Assembly: GCF_000008565.1 (NCBI RefSeq)
Contig: NC_001264.1
Coordinates: forward strand, 187,418 to 219,417
Source of the DNA: Deinococcus radiodurans R1 = ATCC 13939 = DSM 20539
GTDB taxonomy: Bacteria > Deinococcota > Deinococci > Deinococcales > Deinococcaceae
Direction of reading: 5' to 3'
DNA: 32,000 nucleotides
Shown here: positions 1 through 12,739 of the stretch, one piece after another
Layout: the number at the start of each line of letters is the position of its first letter
Numbering within the stretch: the stretch's first letter is position 1
Notes under the pieces: generated by a model
What the model was told of the DNA's origin: nothing
The model's database searches: none
What the model saw: only the letters and a program-made list of their open reading frames with translations
Position numbers and translations under genes: made by a program

Positions 1-83
1 GCGGCGAAGCGAGGAGGGCGGAATAGGGCGGTGGTGTGGGGGCCGGAGTTGGGAGAAGGAACGGGATGACAGCTTCAGGTAGC

Positions 84-111
84 TTGTTTTTTATTGACAT
101 AGGCATATAAA
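84..111 (+). promoter_or_regulatory. Putative promoter for a leaderless transcript of the recombinase-like gene (TTGTTT, 16-nt spacer, TATAAA, then 7 nt to ATG 119)
   Basis: There is an AT-rich island at 81-120 in otherwise GC-rich DNA. TTGTTT lies at 84-89 and TATAAA at 106-111. No Shine-Dalgarno sequence precedes ATG 119, which fits a leaderless start. This is a motif-only call. Confidence 0.25.
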
Positions 112-118
112 ATTGTGT

Positions 119-991
119 ATGCATCCACAGGACGAACGGCAACTCAAGCTGACGCGAGCGTTGCAGGAAGCGGACCTCGACACCGTGCTGGGGATTCTGG
201 GGCCGGAGCTGCGCTGGCCGCTCAAGCAACTGCGGAGCAACCTGCGGCTGATCTTCGCGGCGGCGGAGCGCGACCATGTCAGCTTGCTGCATCCGCCTGC
301 CGATTTCGTGACGTGGTTGCAGGGGCCACTGCACGAAACGGTTAAGGGGCCGGGCACTGCCAAGGCGAATACCGTGGTGGCGCGGCTTTCCACCATCTCA
401 CGGCTGTACGAACTGTTGATGGACGAGGGCGTTGTGATTCGTCAACCGCTGCGGGGACTGGTGCGCCCGCCGGGGGAACGCAAGGTGGAAAAGGTGCCGC
501 CGCGTGAAGACATCGAGCGGCTGCTGGTGCACGCGCAGCCTGACCCGGCGCTGTTCGCCGCTTTGACGCTGATGTACCGACATACCTTTCAGGTGGCCGA
601 GATGCTCGCGCTGCGCTGGTCGGCGTTCCGGCACGAAGACGGCACCATCCTGCGGCGGCGGACGCTATGCCAGCTTGACGACGCGAGTTATGCGGCGCTC
701 GACCGGCTGCTCGCGCAGGCGGGGGGGCCGCTGTCTAATCCCGCCGGGCGCATTTTCCCCTTTGAAAACAACGACGCGCTGCGGACCCGAATTTTTCAGG
801 TGTGCCGGGAGGCCAATCTCACCTTCGTCAATCCAGCCAAGCTGCGCAAGGCAGGGCTGCGCGACTTTCCACTTACGCCCGATCAGGCAGGCTTTATCGG
901 CGACGAGGCGTATGCGCTGGCAAGAGAACTGGCGAGCCGCTTGACGGAGGAGGACTCCGTCTCTTCTGCCACTGGGTCGGTCAATCAATAA
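119..991 (+). CDS. Tyrosine-recombinase/phage-integrase-like protein with an apparently degenerate active site (290 aa)
   Basis: The ORF track gives 113..991 (TTG); the first ATG is at 119. It has an N-terminal core-binding-like segment (TAKANTVVARLSTISRLYELLMDEG). The C-terminal region resembles recombinase box I/II (FAALTLMYRHTFQVAEMLALRWSAF; NPAKLRKAGLRDF; DEAYALAREL). Gln sits where Arg-I is expected relative to the E-x-L-A-L-R-W block, and the box II histidines are replaced (A/K). Confidence 0.5.
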   Translation: MHPQDERQLKLTRALQEADLDTVLGILGPELRWPLKQLRSNLRLIFAAAERDHVSLLHPPADFVTWLQGPLHETVKGPGTAKANTVVARLSTISRLYELLMDEGVVIRQPLRGLVRPPGERKVEKVPPREDIERLLVHAQPDPALFAALTLMYRHTFQVAEMLALRWSAFRHEDGTILRRRTLCQLDDASYAALDRLLAQAGGPLSNPAGRIFPFENNDALRTRIFQVCREANLTFVNPAKLRKAGLRDFPLTPDQAGFIGDEAYALARELASRLTEEDSVSSATGSVNQ

Positions 992-1105
992 CTTCGCGCT
1001 TGTGACCTGCACTTCGGCGCGATAGAAGCGATGATCGACGAGGCACAGAATCTCGTCGGGGACATAGCCCTATTCATATATTTTTTTGTTTAGCCAACAA
1101 GACTT

Positions 1106-1137
1106 AAAAACCGGGCTGTAGCGCCCGGTCCTTTTTT
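1106..1137. terminator. Bidirectional intrinsic terminator between the recombinase-like gene and the convergent permease gene
   Basis: An A5 tract (1106-1110) precedes a 7-bp stem (ACCGGGC 1110-1116 pairing with GCCCGGT 1123-1129) with a 6-nt loop, followed by a T6 tract (1132-1137). It lies 4 nt from the permease stop codon (1142-1144). Confidence 0.7.
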
Positions 1138-1141
1138 ACCC

Positions 1142-2536
<1,395 letters not shown>

Positions 2537-2601
2537 ACCATGAGCATACGCTTAGGCGACGGTCAAGGATGGGGGGCAGCGGGTTGCTGGGGGTTGCCGG
2601 T

Positions 2602-2709
2602 CTAGAGCATTTGCCGTAATAAAGACCCCTCACCCCTGCCTTTGGCAGGCCCTCTCCCCTTGAGAGAGGGTCAAACAGCGCGAGGCAATTCTTTTGTCAA
2701 ATGCTCTAG
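2602..2709. repeat. Small noncoding repeat / MITE-like element, copy 1 (108 bp, perfect 12-bp terminal inverted repeats)
   Basis: CTAGAGCATTTG (2602-2613) and CAAATGCTCTAG (2698-2709) are exact inverted repeats. Internal hairpins are CCTGCC-TTT-GGCAGG (2635-2649) and CCCTCTC-N7-GAGAGGG (2650-2670). The core is shared with the element at about 6684-6806. Confidence 0.8.
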
Positions 2710-2725
2710 GTGTGCGCGTCGCCTC

Positions 2726-3652
<927 letters not shown>

Positions 3653-3680
3653 GCGCGACAGGATAGGGGAAGGACCGCGT

Positions 3681-5228
3681 TCAGGTGGCTTTGGCCTCTG
3701 CCGCATTTTGCACACTCAGCGGGCCGAACTCGCGGGCCCAGAGGTCGCCCTTCTCCCCCACCCCGGCGAGGTCGAGGGGGGTGACACCGCTCACCCGCAG
3801 CTGCCAGCCCTGGCCCTGGCGCCGCAAGTCGTCCACCCGCGCCAGGCCGGTGTGCGCGCGGTCCAAGCCGTCGGCCACCCGCAGGATGCCCGCGAGCCGG
3901 GCAACCAGGGCGCGGTCGGCGGGCGCGAGGGCCACGTAGTCGGGGTGCGAGGGCTTGGGCAGGCTCTTGCGGTGGTAACGGGCGATCTGGGCAATGAGTT
4001 CGATGTCCTGCGGCCCGAACCCGCGCAGCCCCGCGTGGCGAATGAGGTAGGCGCCGTGCTTGTGGTGACTGCTCTGGCTGACGATCTGCCCCGCCTCGTG
4101 CAGCACGGCGGCGGCGGTGAGCAGGCTGCGGGCGGGCGGGGGAAAGGTCTCGCCCGCCGCGAGCAGCCGGTCAAAGAGTTCGCGTGACAGCTCGGCCACC
4201 TGCCCGGCGTGCGAGAGGTTGACGCCGAAGCGCCCGGCGGTCGCGAGCACGCTGCGCTGGCGGGTGCTGAGCGCCAAGCTGAAAGTCTGGACCTGAGCGA
4301 GTTCCTCGATCAGCATCCCTTCGCGCAGGGCACCTTCGCTGACCGTCACCTCACGGGCGCCGAGGGCGTCGAGCGCGGCGTGCAGCACGCTCAGGGCGGC
4401 GAGGATGGTGTCGCCCCGGCGCTCCAGCCCCGGCACCCGCGCACGCTGGGCAGGCCGCAGCCGGGCGACGTGGGCAAGCAGGTCGGCGAGTTCGGTGAGG
4501 GTAAAGCGCTCGCCGTTGACCCCACCTGCCGCCTCAGCCGGGCGCCCGCCGCGGCGCTGCGCGATGGCGTCGGCGGCGGCTTCGGCGGTGCCGCTCGACA
4601 GGAAAAACTGGGTGCCGGGCCGCGCGGCGAAGCGCCCAGCGTGGGGCCGCAGCAGCTCGCGCACCTGCCGGGCCACCGCGTCGGCCACGTCGCGCCCGGC
4701 GTTTTTGCCGTCTCCCTCGGGAAAGGCGCGGGTCATGCGAATGGCGCCGAGGGGCAGGCTCAGGACGTCCGCCGCCCGCTCCTCGGCGCCGCGCACGAAT
4801 TCCAAACTGCCGCCGCCGAGGTCGAGCAGCACGTTGTCGGGGCCGAGTTCGACCGCCTCGCGCACGCCGAGGTAGGTGAGTTCGCCCTCGCGTACGCCGC
4901 TGATGACCGCCGGGTACAGGCCGGTGCGCTGCCGGACGCGCTCGGCGACTTCCGCGCCGTTGGGCGCCTCGCGCAGCGCGGAGGTCGCGTAGACGCGCAC
5001 GTCTCCCGCGCCCGCCGACGCCGCCAGCTCGCGGAAGCGGGTCAGGGCGGACGCGAGCCGCTCCTCACCTTCGGGAGTCAGCTCGCCGCGCGTGTCCAGG
5101 CACTCGCCCAGGCGGGTGCGGTCCTTGAGGGTGTCTATGACCCGGAAGCCCCCGGCGTCGCCCGGCAGAGCCTCGGCAATCAGGAGGTGACTGGAGTTGG
5201 TTCCCACATCGGCGACGGCGACCCGCAT
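3681..5228 (-). CDS. ppx: Ppx/GppA-family exopolyphosphatase with C-terminal HD-type domain (515 aa from ATG 5228; alternative ATG at 5279)
   Basis: It has the N-terminal actin-fold phosphatase motif [19 protein letters not shown], then DLGGGSLEF, and a C-terminal block [28 protein letters not shown]. It lies 29 nt upstream of pdxY on the same strand, so it is probably an operon. Confidence 0.8.
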   Translation of the reverse strand: MRVAVADVGTNSSHLLIAEALPGDAGGFRVIDTLKDRTRLGECLDTRGELTPEGEERLASALTRFRELAASAGAGDVRVYATSALREAPNGAEVAERVRQRTGLYPAVISGVREGELTYLGVREAVELGPDNVLLDLGGGSLEFVRGAEERAADVLSLPLGAIRMTRAFPEGDGKNAGRDVADAVARQVRELLRPHAGRFAARPGTQFFLSSGTAEAAADAIAQRRGGRPAEAAGGVNGERFTLTELADLLAHVARLRPAQRARVPGLERRGDTILAALSVLHAALDALGAREVTVSEGALREGMLIEELAQVQTFSLALSTRQRSVLATAGRFGVNLSHAGQVAELSRELFDRLLAAGETFPPPARSLLTAAAVLHEAGQIVSQSSHHKHGAYLIRHAGLRGFGPQDIELIAQIARYHRKSLPKPSHPDYVALAPADRALVARLAGILRVADGLDRAHTGLARVDDLRRQGQGWQLRVSGVTPLDLAGVGEKGDLWAREFGPLSVQNAAEAKAT

Positions 5229-5410
5229 ATGGTGCAGAGTAATCCCTGCGGCGGCCTGCGCGTGCGGGGGCTGACCCACTTCCCCTCCGCCCCAATGGGT
5301 GAGCGCGTCCTATTGCCTTGCCCCGGCTGTGACAGGCTGTCGAGCATGACTTTATCGGCGGCCCAGCGCCCTTCTTCTTGCCTTCTTTCCTTTCTTTCAG
5401 GAGTTCTGCT

Positions 5411-6627
<1,217 letters not shown>

Positions 6628-6644
6628 GGGACGAGGATATTCAG

Positions 6645-6689
6645 GAGCAAGGGGCGCTTCCAACGCGGGCGCCCCTTGCTCTTTCATTT
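6645..6689 (+). terminator. Intrinsic terminator downstream of the P450 gene
   Basis: A 13-bp perfect stem (GAGCAAGGGGCGC 6645-6657 pairing with GCGCCCCTTGCTC 6669-6681) with an 11-nt loop is followed by TTTCATTT. It begins 18 nt after the P450 stop codon (6625-6627). Confidence 0.75.
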
Positions 6690-6806
6690 GACAGAATGAG
6701 TTTCTGTTAGAGCTGGTCTGGACGCCCCCTCACCCCTTGCTTCGCAAGGCCCTCTCCCGCAAGGGTAGAGGGTCAAAGACATGCAATATCTTTATGTCAA
6801 AAGCTC
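6684..6806. repeat. Small noncoding repeat / MITE-like element, copy 2 (boundaries approximate)
   Basis: The core CCCTCACCCCTTGCTTCGCAAGGCCCTCTCCCGCAAGGGTAGAGGGTCAAAG (6728-6779) aligns with 2628-2675 of copy 1. The ends are inverted: CATTTGACAGAATGAG (6684-6699) against CTTTATGTCAAAAGCTC (6790-6806). Confidence 0.7.
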
Positions 6807-6817
6807 CGAATGTATTC

Positions 6818-6857
6818 GAGCGAAAAGGGGCGCCACATTGAAGGCGCCCCTTGCTCG
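6818..6857 (-). terminator. Intrinsic terminator downstream of uvrA2 (minus strand)
   Basis: The 10-bp stem is AAGGGGCGCC (6825-6834) pairing with GGCGCCCCTT (6843-6852). On the minus strand the hairpin runs into TTTT. It lies 13 nt below the uvrA2 stop (6870-6872). Confidence 0.6.
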
Positions 6858-6869
6858 TTTGTTTTGCTC

Positions 6870-9398
6870 TTACCTGAGAGCCGCTCGCAGGTAAGGCGCC
6901 GTCACACTTCCCGCCGCCTGCGCCACCTCGGCGGGCGTGCCCTGGGCCACCAGCCGCCCGCCGTCCTCGCCCGCGCCGGGGCCGATGTCGAGCACCCAGT
7001 CGGAGGCGGCCACCACCTGCATCTTGTGCTCTACCGCAATGACGGTGTTGCCGGCGTCCACCAGCTTGACCAGTTGCCGCTGCAAACGCTCCACGTCGGC
7101 GGGGTGCAGGCCGGTGGTGGGTTCGTCCAGCACGTAGACGGTGCCGCCGCGCCCGCTGCGCTGCAACTCGGTCGCGAGTTTGATGCGCTGCGCCTCACCG
7201 CCCGAAAGTTCGGTGGCGGGTTGCCCCAGCCGCAGGTAGCCCAAACCGACCTCGCGCAGGGTGTCCAGCGCCCGGAAAATGGCGCTCTCGTCGGCGAAAA
7301 AGTCGTGTGCCTCGTCTACCGTCAGGGCCAGCACGTCGGCGATATTTTTGCCACGGTACTCCACTTCCAGCGTTTCGGCGTTGTAGCGGGTGCCGTGGCA
7401 CACCGGGCAGGGCGCGTACACGCTGGGCAGGAACAGCAGTTCCACCATCACCCAGCCCTCGCCCTGGCAGTGTTCACAGCGTCCGCCTTTCACGTTGAAG
7501 GAGAAGCGGCCTGCGTTGTAGCCGCGCTTCTTGGCCAGCGGGGTGGCCGCAAACAGCTTGCGAACCTGGTCGAAGAGCCCCGTGTAGGTCGCCATGTTGC
7601 TGCGCGGAGTGCGGCCAATCGGCTTCTGGTCCACCCGCACCAGCCGGGTGATCTGCGCCAGGTCGCCGCCCAGCCGCGCGCTGCCGGCGGTGTGGTCGGC
7701 GGGGTCTTCGTCGTCCTCGGGGTCGGGGTTCACCGGCTGTCCGAAGTGCGCCGCCAGCGCATCCACCAGCGCCTGACTCACCAGGGTGGACTTGCCCGAA
7801 CCCGATACGCCCGTCACCGAGGTCATCACGCCCAGTGGAAAGCGCACGTCCAGATTATCCAGGTTGTTGCGGGTCACGCCGTTCAGTTCCAGCCAGCCGG
7901 CAGGCTCACGCGGCGTATGCGGTTCGGTGTGGCGGTCGGCAAAGAGATACTGGCCGGTCTGGGACTCGGGCACGTGTTTCAGCCCTTCCGGCGGCCCGCT
8001 GTAGAGAATTTCCCCGCCTTTCTCGCCGGCTTCCGGGCCCACGTCCACCAGCCAGTCGGCGCGGCGAATCACGTCCAGATCGTGTTCCACCACGAACAGG
8101 GAGTTGCCGCCCCGCTTGAGGTTCTCCAGCGCCGAGAGCAGCGCCTCGGTGTCGGCGGGGTGCAGCCCGGCGGAGGGCTCGTCCAGCACATACACCACGC
8201 CGAAGAGGTTGGAATACAGCTGCGTGGCGAGGCGCAGGCGCTGCAACTCGCCGGGCGAGAGGGTGGGCGTGGAGCGGTCCAGTCCCAGATAGCCCAGCCC
8301 CAGGTGCAGCAGCACGTCCAGCCGCTTGACCAGGTCGGCGGCCATCCGTTGCAGGGCGATGGCCTGCTCGGGCCGGTTCTTGACGCGTTCGGCGTGGCCC
8401 GGTTCGCGCTCCTCGGCGTAGGGGCGTAGTAGCTCCGAGACTCGCGCCAGCGGCAGCCGCGACAGCTCGGTGATGTCCAGCCCGGCAAAGGTCACGTTCA
8501 GCGCCTCCTGACGCAGCCGTTTGCCGTGGCACAGCGGGCACTCCTCAGAAATCATGTAGCCCTGCACCCGCTTTTTCATGGAGGCGCTTTCGGTATTGGC
8601 GAAGGTGTGCAGCACGTGGCGCCGGGCGCTGGAAAAGGTGCCCATGTAGCTGGGTTCCATCTTCTTTTTCAAGGCGCGCTGCGTTTCGGCGGGGGTCAGG
8701 CCCGGGTAGACCGGCACCACCGGCTGCTCGTCGGTAAAGAGAATCCAGTGACGCGTTTCCTCCGGCAGCTCGCGCCAGGGCACGTCCACGTCGATGCCCA
8801 GCGTGACCAGAATGTCGCGCTGGTTCTGCCCACCCCAGGCCTGCGGCCACGCCGCCACCGCCCGCTCGCGGATGGTGAGGCTGGGGTCGGGAACCATCGA
8901 ATCCTCGGTGACGGTGTACACCCGGCCCAGCCCGTGACATTCCGGACAAGCGCCCTCGGGGGTGTTGGGCGAAAAACCCTCGGCGTACACGATGCCCTGG
9001 CCGGGCGGATAGTCACCGGCGCGCGAATACAGCATCCGCAGCAGGTTGGAGAGGGTGGTCACGCTGCCCACCGAGGAGCGGGCGGTGGGCGTGCCGCGCG
9101 CTTGCTGCAGCGCCACAGCAGGGGGCAGGCCGTCAATGGCGTCCACGTCGGGCACCCCGGCCTGATTGAACAACCGCCGGGCGTAGGGCGACACCGATTC
9201 GAGGTAGCGGCGCTGCGCCTCGGCGTAGAGGGTGCCGAACGCCAGCGAGGACTTGCCCGAGCCGGAGACGCCGGTAAACACCACCAGGGCGTCGCGCGGC
9301 ACCTTAACCGAGATGTCTTTGAGGTTGTGCTGACGGGCGCCGCGCACCTGCACGAAGCCGCCATCTGGAAAGTCAGGAGAAGGGCGGGAAGGAGTCAT
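6870..9398 (-). CDS. uvrA2: Class II UvrA (UvrA2) ABC ATPase lacking the UvrB-binding domain (842 aa)
   Basis: The ORF track gives 6870..9713, but the first 105 codons are Arg/Ser/Pro-rich junk. ATG 9398 gives [31 protein letters not shown]. There are two Walker A sites (GVSGSGKSS and GVSGSGKST), two signature motifs ([12 protein letters not shown] and [12 protein letters not shown]), and zinc modules CPECHGLG and CEHCQGEG...CPVCHG. Only about 20 residues separate YSRAG from [13 protein letters not shown], where class I UvrA carries the large Zn-module/UvrB-binding insertion. Confidence 0.9.
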   Translation of the reverse strand: MTPSRPSPDFPDGGFVQVRGARQHNLKDISVKVPRDALVVFTGVSGSGKSSLAFGTLYAEAQRRYLESVSPYARRLFNQAGVPDVDAIDGLPPAVALQQARGTPTARSSVGSVTTLSNLLRMLYSRAGDYPPGQGIVYAEGFSPNTPEGACPECHGLGRVYTVTEDSMVPDPSLTIRERAVAAWPQAWGGQNQRDILVTLGIDVDVPWRELPEETRHWILFTDEQPVVPVYPGLTPAETQRALKKKMEPSYMGTFSSARRHVLHTFANTESASMKKRVQGYMISEECPLCHGKRLRQEALNVTFAGLDITELSRLPLARVSELLRPYAEEREPGHAERVKNRPEQAIALQRMAADLVKRLDVLLHLGLGYLGLDRSTPTLSPGELQRLRLATQLYSNLFGVVYVLDEPSAGLHPADTEALLSALENLKRGGNSLFVVEHDLDVIRRADWLVDVGPEAGEKGGEILYSGPPEGLKHVPESQTGQYLFADRHTEPHTPREPAGWLELNGVTRNNLDNLDVRFPLGVMTSVTGVSGSGKSTLVSQALVDALAAHFGQPVNPDPEDDEDPADHTAGSARLGGDLAQITRLVRVDQKPIGRTPRSNMATYTGLFDQVRKLFAATPLAKKRGYNAGRFSFNVKGGRCEHCQGEGWVMVELLFLPSVYAPCPVCHGTRYNAETLEVEYRGKNIADVLALTVDEAHDFFADESAIFRALDTLREVGLGYLRLGQPATELSGGEAQRIKLATELQRSGRGGTVYVLDEPTTGLHPADVERLQRQLVKLVDAGNTVIAVEHKMQVVAASDWVLDIGPGAGEDGGRLVAQGTPAEVAQAAGSVTAPYLRAALR

Positions 9399-9618
9399 TG
9401 CCCGGCAGTATGAGCGGCGGCGCCGGGAAGGCGGGAAAAGTCGCAAGGTTGGCTGAAAAGGCGGCGGGTCGCTCTCCCCTGTGCCGCGCGATGCGCTACA
9501 CTGCCGGGCTGACTGCACTGCTGGGCCGGCCGCTGCCCCGAACACGGGGCGGGACAGGACAGACCGCAGGACCAGAAAGATCCAGAAAGATAACGACAAG
9601 GCGCCCCGGCAACGGCGC

Positions 9619-11133
<1,515 letters not shown>

Positions 11134-12705
11134 TCACTCTGGGCCGCAAAATTCCGGAATACAGCCGCTTTTGCCCTCCCAGTCGAGTGTTTGTGGGGTG
11201 GCACTCAGCCAGCGGGTCTGACCGTCCGCGCCCGTGATCAGGAGACCGGCGCGAACTTCGTATTTGCCCGCCGGGGCCAGGGTGCCGTCGCTGCGGCGGG
11301 CGTTCCAGCTCGCGTCGAGCCTTTCGCCTGCTCGGGCAGGGCAATGGTTGGCCCGGCTGCTGGCCTGCAACTGGCGGGCAAAGACCACTTCCCCGCTGCG
11401 GGCGTCCCGGACTGCCGCCACGAAGGTGCAGTTTTTCGCTCCCTCGACCGCCGCCACGTTCAGGGGCTGGAAGCGCAGGCCAAAGCTCACGCCCTGGGGC
11501 GACGACCAGCGACTCACCTGCAATTCGGCGTCTTGCGGCTGGCCCACAGGCGGCAGCAGCGGCGCGGGCTTGACCCAGATGCCAAGCCGCGCGAGCGAGA
11601 CGCCCTCCCTCTTCGCCAGCGCTTGCACGGCATCACGGGCGCGGGCGTCGGGCACGGTCAGCAGCAGTTTGGGGACGCCGTTTTGGACCGCGAACTTCAC
11701 GTCGTAGTCAATGCTCTGCACCGTTCGGGCCGGCGAAAAGACCTGCAACGCCTTTCGCATGGTGCTCGCCGGGGTGGCGGGCAAGACCGTGAACGTCACG
11801 TCCGGCGCCCGCACCGCGTTTTTGCCCTCCCCGTAGGCGGCTTGCAGGACGTACTTGCCGGGGGCCACCACCTGACCGCGCGTGTCGAGCAGGTCCCAGA
11901 AGACCGGCCAGCGGCCCTGAGCAACCAGTTCCCCGGTCTGACCCGGCGCAACGACGAGCGGTGGAGAGCCCACTTGCGCACAGCCCCCCGGCGCCGGAAC
12001 AGGCCGGACTTCGGTGCCTGTCGTGGCGTTCAGGACGCGATACTTGAAAGTGAAACAGCCCTGCGCGAGCGAAATGGGCTTGCGGCCAGTGTTCGTCAGC
12101 TTGAAACTCAGCGGCAAAATGTCGCCCTGCGCCACCTGCGCGGGCACGTTCAGCGCGGCGCGGTGCGGCTGGCTCAGGGTGCTGCGCGGCGGCAGGGTGG
12201 GCGACGCGGCGGCCACGAGGTCGAGCGCGTCCGCCGGGATGCCCTTTTGCCGGAAAAACTCGGCGGCCTGCTGACGGTAGGCGGCGTGCTGAAAGGCGAT
12301 GTGGAGCTTGTTGGCCTTCACGTCCACGTAAATCTCGCTCCAGCCGCGCAGGCCGCGCGCCAGAAACCGCGCCTGCGAGAGCTGCGCGGCGTTGTACTTC
12401 ACCGGCACGAAGCGGGGAGCCGTCAGGGTGTGCCCGGTCTGGTTCAGGCTGGCCCCGCGCTGCTTTTTGACCTCGGCCAGCACCTGCCGCCGCGCCGCCG
12501 GGTCCGTGCTGGTCACGGCGAGCGCCACGCCCCCACCTTCCACCCACAGCCCCGCGAAGGCCGGCGCCCGGAGCGCCAGCGCTGCGTCGTCATCGCCAGG
12601 GGTCACAGGAAGGGCACCGAAACTGGTTTTGACCGGCGGATTCGGGGCAGCCTGGGCGTGTGCCGGAAGCAGCAGCAGGGTGGAGAGCAGCAGAAGCTTA
12701 CGCAT
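11134..12705 (-). CDS. Secreted protein of unknown function with a two-fold internal duplication (alpha/beta module + Cys-pair Ig-like module, twice), 523 aa
   Basis: The ORF track gives 11134..13134; the extension is Arg/Pro/Cys-rich junk. ATG 12705 gives a classic signal peptide, MRKLLLLSTLLLLPAHAQA/AP. Repeated modules are GCFTFKYRVLNATTGTEV...GCAQ...APGKYVLQA and NCTFVAAVRDARSGEVV...HCPA...APAGKYEVRA. The six cysteines fall in three local pairs. Confidence 0.65.
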   Translation of the reverse strand: MRKLLLLSTLLLLPAHAQAAPNPPVKTSFGALPVTPGDDDAALALRAPAFAGLWVEGGGVALAVTSTDPAARRQVLAEVKKQRGASLNQTGHTLTAPRFVPVKYNAAQLSQARFLARGLRGWSEIYVDVKANKLHIAFQHAAYRQQAAEFFRQKGIPADALDLVAAASPTLPPRSTLSQPHRAALNVPAQVAQGDILPLSFKLTNTGRKPISLAQGCFTFKYRVLNATTGTEVRPVPAPGGCAQVGSPPLVVAPGQTGELVAQGRWPVFWDLLDTRGQVVAPGKYVLQAAYGEGKNAVRAPDVTFTVLPATPASTMRKALQVFSPARTVQSIDYDVKFAVQNGVPKLLLTVPDARARDAVQALAKREGVSLARLGIWVKPAPLLPPVGQPQDAELQVSRWSSPQGVSFGLRFQPLNVAAVEGAKNCTFVAAVRDARSGEVVFARQLQASSRANHCPARAGERLDASWNARRSDGTLAPAGKYEVRAGLLITGADGQTRWLSATPQTLDWEGKSGCIPEFCGPE

Positions 12706-12739
12706 GGCCCAAGCATGAGGGCTGAAAGCTGACGGCGTG

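Noticed and set aside
2537-2725. Possible purine riboswitch in the leader of the purine permease gene
   Set aside because: I read both strands and could not find the conserved purine-riboswitch junction/loop pattern. The leader is instead occupied by the MITE-like repeat. A covariance-model scan would be the decisive check.
6810-9413. Long plus-strand ORFs (6810..8429, 539 aa; 8526..9413, 295 aa) opposite uvrA2
   Set aside because: Their Gly/Ala/Arg/Val/His-rich translations are typical of the reverse frame of a high-GC gene. The minus strand encodes a complete UvrA with all ABC and zinc motifs.
9572-9591. Tandem 10-mer CCAGAAAGAT x2 in the rimO leader
   Set aside because: It is real in the sequence, but only two copies of 10 nt are present. 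That is too little to interpret, and it is probably a simple slippage duplication.
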